Shown piece after piece: positions 20,686 to 28,998 of a stretch of 28,998 bases of DNA. The stretch's first letter is position 1; every line of letters begins with the position of its first letter. Source of the DNA: Octopus sinensis (lineage: Eukaryota); contig NW_021832959.1 in assembly GCF_006345805.1 (NCBI RefSeq), positions 1-28,998 on the forward strand, read 5' to 3'. The notes below the pieces were generated by a model, which worked only from the letters and a program-made list of their open reading frames with translations, searched no databases and was not told the DNA's origin. A program made the translations under genes and the position numbers.

Positions 20686-20998
20686 TGGAAAGAGAAAGAG
20701 AGAGAGAGAGAGAGAGAGGAGGGAGAGAGAGGGAGAGAGGTAGATAAGTTTCTTTATTGGCCACACAGAGTTGCACACAGATGGGACAAGTTACAAGGTA
20801 GAGCTTTTCTTTTGAGGGAGAAAAAAAAAGGTGGCGTAGGTTTTCGATCAAAAGGGATCGTAAAAGGGAAAAAAGAACAAAAAAAAGAAAAAGAACAAAA
20901 GGTAAAGAAAAAAAAGAAAAAGGGAAAAGGTACAAAAGAAAAGAAAAATGAGATATATAGATAGATAGATAGATAGATAGATAGACAGACAGACCGAC

Positions 20999-21051
<53 letters not shown>

Positions 21052-21541
21052 CATACATACATACATACATACATATTACTATTAGGATTTCGTTGCAGTA
21101 ACCTATGTTCCTCAAATTTTCACGCATGAGAAGTGAGATAACGAGTGTGTGTGTGGGTATGGGTGGGTGGGTGTGTATGCGGAGAAGAAAATTATAGGCA
21201 GGAAAAAATTGATAGATTATTTCACTAATGTACGGAAGGAAGGTGAGAGTTTAAGGGAGAGACATTAGAAGAGAGAGAAACAAAAGAAGAGAGAGAGAGA
21301 GAGAAAGAGAGACAGCGAGAGGGAGAAATGTAGGAATGAAGAATTTACTGAGTGAGATAGAGAATGAATGAGAGAGAGAGTGAGTGTGTGTGTGTATGTG
21401 TGTGTGTGGGCCTTGAATAAATATATCACGTTTCTGAGAATTAATTAATTAATAGTAGAGTATTATATAACTGAAATGAACTGTAAAGATATATTATTAT
21501 ATATATATATATATTATATATATATATATATATATTGTATG

Positions 21542-21572
<31 letters not shown>

Positions 21573-21577
21573 ACATG

Positions 21578-21608
<31 letters not shown>

Positions 21609-21972
21609 ACATGTGTATGTATGTATGTATACAAACACAAACACACACACCACATATATATATATATATATATATGGACATATAGATATATATGTTTGTG
21701 TGTGTGTATACACATTCATGTATATGTATATATACGTGTAAATATTTGTAAACGTATATATATGCATATATATATATATATATACATGTATAAATGTTGT
21801 TATGTATGTATATATATGTATGTATATTTATATATATACACACATAGAGACAACCATGTGTAACCTATATAGTGTACGCATAAACACATAAATACACAAG
21901 AGAAGTTTCTCAAAATGTTGAATGGCTGCACTCTAGTACAACTGAAGCGCAAAAGTTGCAATCTTGAAGTTG

Positions 21973-21982
21973 ACACACAGAC

Positions 21983-22019
<37 letters not shown>

Positions 22020-22051
22020 TGCAGACAGAGAGACAGGCAGACAGACAGACG

Positions 22052-22105
<54 letters not shown>

Positions 22106-22110
22106 CAGAC

Positions 22111-22188
<78 letters not shown>

Positions 22189-22244
22189 GTAGGTAGATGG
22201 ATAGATAGATAGATAGATAGAGATTGATAGATAGACAGACAGAC

Positions 22245-22305
<61 letters not shown>

Positions 22306-22322
22306 TAGATAGATAGATAGAT
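21973..22322. repeat. (GACA)n/(GATA)n array abutting a short SINE A remnant (GACGGGCTTCACAG)
   Basis: Direct reading of the sequence. Confidence 0.9.
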
Positions 22323-22339
22323 GACGGGCTTCACAGTTA

Positions 22340-22410
22340 TTTGAGGTCAGGAATGGTGTGATGAAAGGCGACGTTCTTGTTTCAACCTTCTTGCCACATA
22401 TTTTTCTGCT
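22340..22410 (+). pseudogene. Small decayed LINE reverse-transcriptase fragment
   Basis: Translates as [18 protein letters not shown], resembling the F.V..GV.QG..L.P.LF motif of non-LTR RTs (RTE-like). Confidence 0.45.
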
Positions 22411-22614
22411 GTTCATCTTTACTCTTTACACTATTTTAGAAATGCCTCGTACTGTAACAAGACTTGTTATATCCAAACACCACCCCAAATTTAATCATTC
22501 TTGACTTTCCGTACATGAGAATCATTAAAACCAAACACGTAATATCTACAAGGTTTTTCGCTAAATTCTTCCAGAAACAAGTTAGCTAAACATCGAAATA
22601 ACCAGCAAGAATAT

Positions 22615-22835
22615 TAGTTTCTAAGATTGGCACAAGGCCAAGAGTTTCGAGGGTGGATGTAAGTCAATTTCATCGACCCCAGTACTCAGCTGATGCTTAT
22701 TTTATAGACACCGAAAGGATGAAAGTCAAATCCAACCCCAGCAGAATTTGAACGCAAAATTTGAACTCAAAATGGACGTAATGCCACTAGATATGTTTTC
22801 CGGGGCGGTATCGATTCTGCCCGCTCGCCGTCTTA
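22615..22835 (-). mobile_element. SINE family B
   Basis: GGCACAAGGCC, ATCGACCCCAGTACTCAGCTG, GAAAGGATGAAAG, GAATTTGAAC and GATTCTGCCCGCTCGCC are the reverse complement of family B. Confidence 0.75.
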
Positions 22836-22861
22836 ACTAGCAGGGATATTGCTATCGTTGA

Positions 22862-22975
22862 AGGTGCGTGGCTTCGTGTTTACGATGTTGCAGTCATGAT
22901 TGTCGTTTCGACTCCCCAGTTGGATGGTGGTGTGTTATATTCTTGAACAAAGCACTTCATTTCATGTTACTCCAA
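22862..22975 (+). mobile_element. Degenerate tRNA-derived SINE head (type D-like)
   Basis: GGTGCGTGGCTTCGTG A-box-like, GTTTCGACTCC B-box-like, TTCTTGAACAAAGCACTTCATTTCA core. Confidence 0.5.
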
Positions 22976-23433
22976 CAACGATAATTCATGGATACTTTGA
23001 GATAGATCTAACTCGACTGTGGACTTCAGTTCGTCATTATCCAGTTTTGTTCCTGGTCGACCGCGTTGCTCATTTGTGAGGTCAAAGTGACCAGAACGAA
23101 ATTTTCCAAACCAATTTGATACTGTCTGCTGTGTAATAACATTAGAAGGAAATACTCCATTAACATTCCGAGCTGTCTGTGATGCTTTATTTCCAAGAAA
23201 AAACTCATATTTCAAAACTACAGATTTCTGACTTATCCATCTCTAAACAAAAATAGCCAAAAAACGATTTATAAATACTTTATATAAAGTGCAAAATGAG
23301 TTAGAATAAAGAAACGGATATGTCAGCTTTCTAACAAAAAATAAAGATTGCCAAAATATAATAATGTCGCAAAATGAGCGGCTGTCAAAATTTACCATAT
23401 ACCTTACTACAGATTCCAAACTTGACGACCCAA
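22975..23433 (-). mobile_element. 5' fragment of a second, distinct mariner element
   Basis: Terminus TTGGGTCGTCAAG next to TA (23434-23435); ATG at 23240; LKYEFFLGNKASQTARNVNGVF..TVSNWFGKFRSGHFDLTNEQRGRP is a mariner N-terminal HTH region. Confidence 0.85.
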
Positions 23434-23633
23434 TAATTTAGTTATTTGTACGCCAGGGAAACTTGGGTCTGAGGCCTCTGAGGAACATGACAAACCTAAT
23501 AACATCATCGAATAGGGCTCCTGCTTTTCTTACCTCGTTTCTGTCTTATCATCTATACCTTATCATCCATACCTCAACAATAATATCAAGATCAATTACA
23601 AGACAGGTGTAATTCACGTTGTGTATTTTTCAG

Positions 23634-23900
23634 CTTGTTTCAATCATTAGGTTGCGACTTGCGACCCGGTTGGGGCACCACCTCGAAGGGTTATTAGGCG
23701 AAAGAAAATCGACCCTAACCCTCCTATTTATTTATAAATCTGGTACTTATTCTATCTTTCCGTTTTGCCGAACTGCGAGTTGATAGGATGTAAACAAACC
23801 AACACCAGCTGGAAACCGGTAGTGGGGTGCAACACAAACAAACACTAAGACACAGCGCCTCCTACAAAGTTCACTCACAAGGCATTGGTCGGTCCGATGC
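23634..23900 (-). mobile_element. Diverged SINE family A-related 3' body
   Basis: TTGTTTCAATCATT, GGGGCACCACC, AATCGACCC, GGTACTTATTCTATC, TTTTGCCGAAC, CACTCACAAGGCATTGGTCGG. Confidence 0.65.
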
Positions 23901-24219
23901 TGAACATCATATACATACATAAGTACGTACGCACATACATACACAGACATAAACAGACACATACATACATACATACATTCACACATACATACATACATAC
24001 ATACATACATACAACACACATACATACACACATACATACATATATATACATACATACATGCATATATACATACAAATATACACACATACATACAAACATA
24101 CATACATACATACATGCATACATATATACATACATAGATGCATACATACATACACACATACATACATACATACATACATACATGCATATATACATACAAA
24201 TATACACACATACATACAA

Positions 24220-24252
<33 letters not shown>

Positions 24253-24800
24253 CATACATGCATACATACATACACACATACATACATACATACATACATA
24301 CATACATACATACATGCATACATACATACATGCATACATACATACACACATACATTCATACATACATACACACATACATACATACATACATACACACATA
24401 CATTCATACATACATACACACACACATACATACATACATACATTCATACTACATACATACATACATACATACATGCATACATACATACATACACACATAC
24501 ATGCATACATGCATACATACATACACATACATACATACATACATACATGCAGACACACACACACACACATACATACATACATACATACATACATACATAC
24601 ATACATACACACACACACATACATACATACATACATACATACATACATACATACATACATACACACACACATACATAATACATACATACATACATACATA
24701 CATACATACATACATACATGTTGACATACACACACACGCATGCTGAACCTCATATATATACATAAGTACGTACGCACATACACACACACACGTCACAATT
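23897..24800. repeat. (TACA)n array bracketed by ~45-bp direct repeats (23897 and 24740)
   Basis: ATGCTGAAC.TCATATA.ATACATAAGTACGTACGCACATAC at both ends, 843 bp apart. Confidence 0.9.
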
Positions 24801-24969
24801 TTCTTCAAATTATAAATGTATGTATATATCATTATAAATGTATGTATGTACGTACGTATATATGTATGTGTGCAGATTTGTATGTATGTTCTACGTATAT
24901 ATTCTCATGCACATAGTTACATATTTACACATGCAAATATATACTTAAATGATAAACTTCTGGAAAGTT

Positions 24970-25185
24970 TTACAGATTTTTACAGTTCCAGTGATGGACT
25001 GGATCCGTAATCTTCGAATTAGCTTTCTCCTTTCTGAGTTTTGAGAAGCCTAATTTCTCAAGATTGGTATTTAGGCAGAGCGTTAGTATATTACATATCC
25101 CTGGACTTGTAATCGGGATAGAATAAGTGCAGATTTCGAAATAGTTCAGCGTTGGTATTCTCTTTCCCACTGATCTTCAGCTTGT
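24970..25185 (-). pseudogene. Possible frameshifted retroelement ORF remnant (family not identified)
   Basis: Two overlapping non-repetitive frames, KLKISGKENTNAELFRNLHLFYPDYKSRD and LCLNTNLEKLGFSKLRKEKANSKITDPVHHWNCKNL*; no diagnostic motif recognised. Confidence 0.3.
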
Positions 25186-25189
25186 ATAC

Positions 25190-26000
25190 ATGTATGTATA
25201 TATATATATATGTCTGTCTGTATGTATGTATGTATGTATGTATGAATGAATGTATGTATGTATGTATGTATGTATGTATGAATGTATGTATGTATGTATG
25301 TATGTATGTATGTAGTATGTATGTATGTATGTATATGTGTATGTATGTATGTATGTATGTATGTATGTGTGTATGTATGTATGCATGCATGTATGTATGT
25401 ATGTATGTATGTATGTATGTATGCGTGTGTATGTATGTATGTATGTATGTGTGTATGTATGTATGTATCTATGTATGTATGTATTTATGTATGTATGTGT
25501 GTATGTATGTGTGTATGCATGTATGTATGTATGTATGTAGTATGTATGTATGTATGTATATGTGTATGTATGTATGTGTGTATGTATGTATGTATGTGTG
25601 TATGTATGTATGCATGCATGCATGTATGTATGTATGTATGTATGCATGTATGTATGTATGCATGCATGCAGGCATGCATGTATGTACGTGTGTATGTATG
25701 TATGTATGCATGTATGTATGCATGTATGCATGAATGCATGTATATATGTATGTACGTATATATGTATGTATGCATGTATGCATGTATGTATGTATGTATG
25801 TATGTATGTATGTATATATGTATGTATGTATGTGTGTATGTGTGTATGTATGTATGTATGCATGTATGCATGTATGTATGTGTGTGTATGTATGTATGCA
25901 TGTATGTATGTATGTATGTACGTATGTATGTATGTGTGTATGTATGTATGTATGCATGTATGTACGTATGTATGTATGTATGTATGTATATATATGTATG
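25190..26000. repeat. (TATG)n array, inverted relative to the 23.9-24.8 kb (TACA)n array
   Basis: Direct reading of the sequence. Confidence 0.95.
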
Positions 26001-26309
26001 TCAGACTATAAATTCTATGTGTATATAAGAATGTCACATTTGTGCATTCAGGTAAAGTCGGTACATCTATTTAAAGAGAAGCCTTCCAGAACCTTCTCCG
26101 GGGAAATCTTCGACTTGAAAACGCAATTACATTCCGTTTCATTCCTCCCACTCGCTCTTCCAATCTCTTCCTTCACTCCCTTCTCCTTCTGTCCCTCTTC
26201 CTCCACCTCATCCTCCATATCCTCCGCTTCTTCTTATTATTATTATTCTTCGTCTTTGTTTTTCCCTTTCTCTTTCTCCGTATGTGAATCACCTTTGTTT
26301 TCCTAAACC

Positions 26310-26361
26310 CTCTACTTCATCATCATCATCGTCATCTTCTTCTTCTTCTTCTTCCCCTTCT

Positions 26362-26393
<32 letters not shown>

Positions 26394-26515
26394 TTCTTCT
26401 CTTCTTCTTCTTCTCTTCTTCTTCTTCTTCTTCTATTACTACTACTACTGCTACTACCACCACCACCATCACCACTACTACTACTACCACCACCATCACC
26501 ACTACTACTACTACA

Positions 26516-26549
<34 letters not shown>

Positions 26550-26637
26550 TACTACTACTCTTTTTCTTCTGCTTCTCCTACTTCTTCTTCTTCTTCTCCT
26601 TCTTCTTCTCCTTCTTCTTCTCCTTCTCCTTCTCCTT

Positions 26638-26671
<34 letters not shown>

Positions 26672-26890
26672 ACAACTACTACTAATTCTTCTTCTTTTCC
26701 TTCTTCTTCGTTATTGTTCTTTCATTGTCTTCTTTCGTTCATCTTTCTAACCCTTCAATTACCCTTTTTTCGCTGTTACCTCCACTTTCGTTGTCATTAT
26801 ACTACTACTACTACCACTACTACTACTGCTACTACTATTACTACCACCACCACCACTACTACTACTACTACAGCCACTACCATATATCTA
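26310..26890. repeat. Compound (CTT)n/(CTA)n/(CCA)n tract
   Basis: Direct reading of the sequence. Confidence 0.95.
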
Positions 26891-26898
26891 ATAATACC

Positions 26899-27090
26899 CG
26901 CGCTGGCCAAAATGCCCAGCGATATTACGTCCGTCTTAACGTTCTAGGTTCAAATTCCGCCGAAGTCGACTTTGCCTATATCTTTTCGAGGGTCGATAAA
27001 ATAAGTACCAGCTGAGCACTGAGGTGTAATCGGTTAGCTCCCCCTCCCGAAATGAGTAGCCCTTTGCCAATTTGGAACCAGCATTATTAC
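26899..27090 (+). mobile_element. SINE family B, slightly 5'-truncated
   Basis: GGTTCAAATTCCGCCGAAGTCGACTTTGCC..GGGTCGATAAAATAAGTACCAG. Confidence 0.8.
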
Positions 27091-27387
27091 ACTCACACCC
27101 TCCCCCTTTCAATCTTCTTTTTCATTTTCAGTCTATGACCCTTCACGTTCTCGTTCTTCTCGTGACTGTTGTTCTCTTTCATTCTTTTCGTCTTCTCTTT
27201 CCCTTTGTTCTAAACTGCTAGAAATAACAACCAAAATATTTTCCAACCCACCTCCTAACACTTGAAGGACACATAATATAATGTTCTAGAAAAATTATGA
27301 ATCCCCCAAGACCACCACCACCACCAATATCTGTGTTAGTTACAGCTGAAACGCAGCTGAAGATAGGAGTGGTCGATGAGGTCTTAC

Positions 27388-27393
27388 CTGGGG
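27388..27393 (-). CDS. Candidate 6-nt microexon (CCCCAG) of an unidentified minus-strand gene
   Basis: Minus strand reads ...TGTTGCTTTTCCTGTTGTCGTTTAG|CCCCAG|GTAAGAC: polypyrimidine tract, AG, frame-preserving exon and consensus donor, in non-repetitive sequence. Confidence 0.5.
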
Positions 27394-27740
27394 CTAAACG
27401 ACAACAGGAAAAGCAACATAGGCAGCTGTTTGACATAAACGAGTGATTGACATGCATGGCTAATTAATGCTCTCGGCTGATTAATTTTCCCAAATAATCG
27501 ATTCACACACACATTTTAAATTAGCGGTTAAACCTCTACGTGGTCGGAGGATTTATAAGAAATTTCAGCTAAATCCTCCTTAAATAGGTTAGCCATCACA
27601 CGCAAACGAGAATGGCTATCGGCTTGTATTTGCCTTTCGGCGGCTCTGTACACAGCAGAAGATAAAGACACAGTCCCGGCTTTCCTATCATTCGTGGTTG
27701 TGAGATGGAGAAAGAGAAAGCAATGCTGGTTCTACGGCTT

Positions 27741-27861
27741 GACCATGTGGCTTGGGGCAAGCACGTATGCGTAATTAACAAGTGCGTTTGAGGATCATGT
27801 GGTTTTGGGGAAAGCAGGTTTGTGTAGTTAACAAATGCGTTTGAGGACCATGTGATTTGGG
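27741..27861. repeat. 2.3-copy tandem repeat of 52-53 bp
   Basis: GA(C/T)CATGTGG..TTGGGG.AAGCA.GT.TG.GTA.TTAACAA.TGCGTTTGAG starting at 27741, 27793 and 27846. Confidence 0.85.
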
Positions 27862-27944
27862 TTTCTGTGAGGGTGCGTAGCACATTGAGCAAGTACGTCC
27901 TAAAAGTATGTGCTCGTATTTTACGCCTGATATTGTTTTGCCGG

Positions 27945-28012
27945 CCCCTTTACCGAACCGCTAGCGTACGAGGACGTAAAGAACCCGACATCGGTTATCC
28001 AGTGAGAAAACG

Positions 28013-28015
<3 letters not shown>
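27945..28015 (-). mobile_element. SINE family A middle fragment
   Basis: TTTACCGAACCGCTAG..GGACGTAAA..CATCGGTT. Confidence 0.55.
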
Positions 28016-28047
<32 letters not shown>

Positions 28048-28155
28048 ATATATATATATATGGAGTTTAACGCAAGGTATAATTCAAATACTTTTACTTC
28101 CGGCAAATGTTTCGAAGATTTCACTGATATTTTACCAACAAGGGAAAAAGTACAC

Positions 28156-28214
<59 letters not shown>

Positions 28215-28240
28215 CATATCTATATAATATATAATATATA

Positions 28241-28278
<38 letters not shown>

Positions 28279-28705
28279 ACGTACACACATACCATTATAT
28301 GTATAAATGTAGAAGTAATAAAGATATACATACATATGTGTATATAAGCATATATACACATATGCTTAAACGTTATCTGCTCAACAGACAACTGAGAAAT
28401 GCAATAAATTATTACTTCGAACAGGAAACCCTGGGTAGCTATAATTGCTAGATTTGTGGTTTTTAATTTGGGATTACCTGTATTCTCTCAGCTGATTGAG
28501 TGCTTTCCTACCTGTTGAAGCATTGCCATGTGCGTGTGCATATATATATATATGTATGTATGCATGTATGTATATAGAGATAGATAAAATTGATATACCG
28601 ACATACATACATACATACATACATACATACATACATACATACATACATACATTGAAAGATAAATCGATCTCTCCCGCAGCCTTTGTCTCTACGATTCAAA
28701 ACCTG

Positions 28706-28744
<39 letters not shown>

Positions 28745-28998
28745 CCCCCTCTTTTCGATACTACGTATCTCGTCTCTCTTTTCACCCTTCCCTTTCAGGC
28801 TTGACCGCTGACCTGTCCAGTCATGCTTGTCTTGGGATCTCACCTTATCATTTACCGTCAGCATTCAATTTCTTCCATCTTTTCGCCTTTTTCTCTCATT
28901 CCTTCTCTCAACTCTCCCTTCCAAGTCCCATGGGGCACCAGTTCCCATTAGCGTTACCTATAGATGTCGATAGTCTTAATGGTATCTCATAACCGTAG

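Noticed and set aside
23532-23575. Minus-strand donor GAG|GTAAGA
   Set aside because: There is no convincing acceptor upstream, and the sequence is a short local duplication (GTAT.GATGATAAG twice).
27297-27446. 49-aa plus-strand ORF MNPPRPPPPPISVLVTAETQLKIGVVDEVLPG...
   Set aside because: It is short and unrecognised, starts in a CCA repeat, and overlaps the better-supported minus-strand splice signals.
1-28998. CRISPR arrays, functional tRNA/rRNA genes and prokaryotic operons
   Set aside because: There is no repeat-spacer periodicity with unique spacers; all tRNA-like segments are SINE heads or decayed; the window is eukaryotic repeat DNA.

Overview
Eukaryotic, repeat-dense DNA with no complete protein-coding gene. 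The SINE repertoire and the very long (TACA)n, (GATA)n and (CAT)n arrays resemble an octopus (coleoid cephalopod) genome; this is recognition from memory, not a search. Nearly all long ORFs in the six-frame track are microsatellite artefacts. Supportable content: many tRNA-derived SINEs of at least four types; two 219-bp hAT MITEs with perfect 8-bp TSDs; a TIR-bounded 1.24-kb mariner with a disrupted D34D transposase, plus a 5' fragment of a second mariner; 3' ends of CR1-group LINEs; Penelope-like (PLE) termini; several fold-back elements; and tandem arrays. Main highlights: (1) a 364-bp near-perfect palindrome (11635-11998) with an intact minimal type-I hammerhead ribozyme motif in each arm, plus a decayed copy of the same architecture (14231-14406) and a core-variant hammerhead (3608-3645); (2) a candidate 6-nt microexon on the minus strand (27388-27393) with UGC, UGCAUG and ACUAAC motifs, suggesting the window is intronic in a minus-strand gene; (3) a co-varying 3' stem-loop shared by the main SINE and a CR1-group LINE end; (4) a young 4-copy ~355-bp tandem array in which each unit carries a SINE Pol III head.
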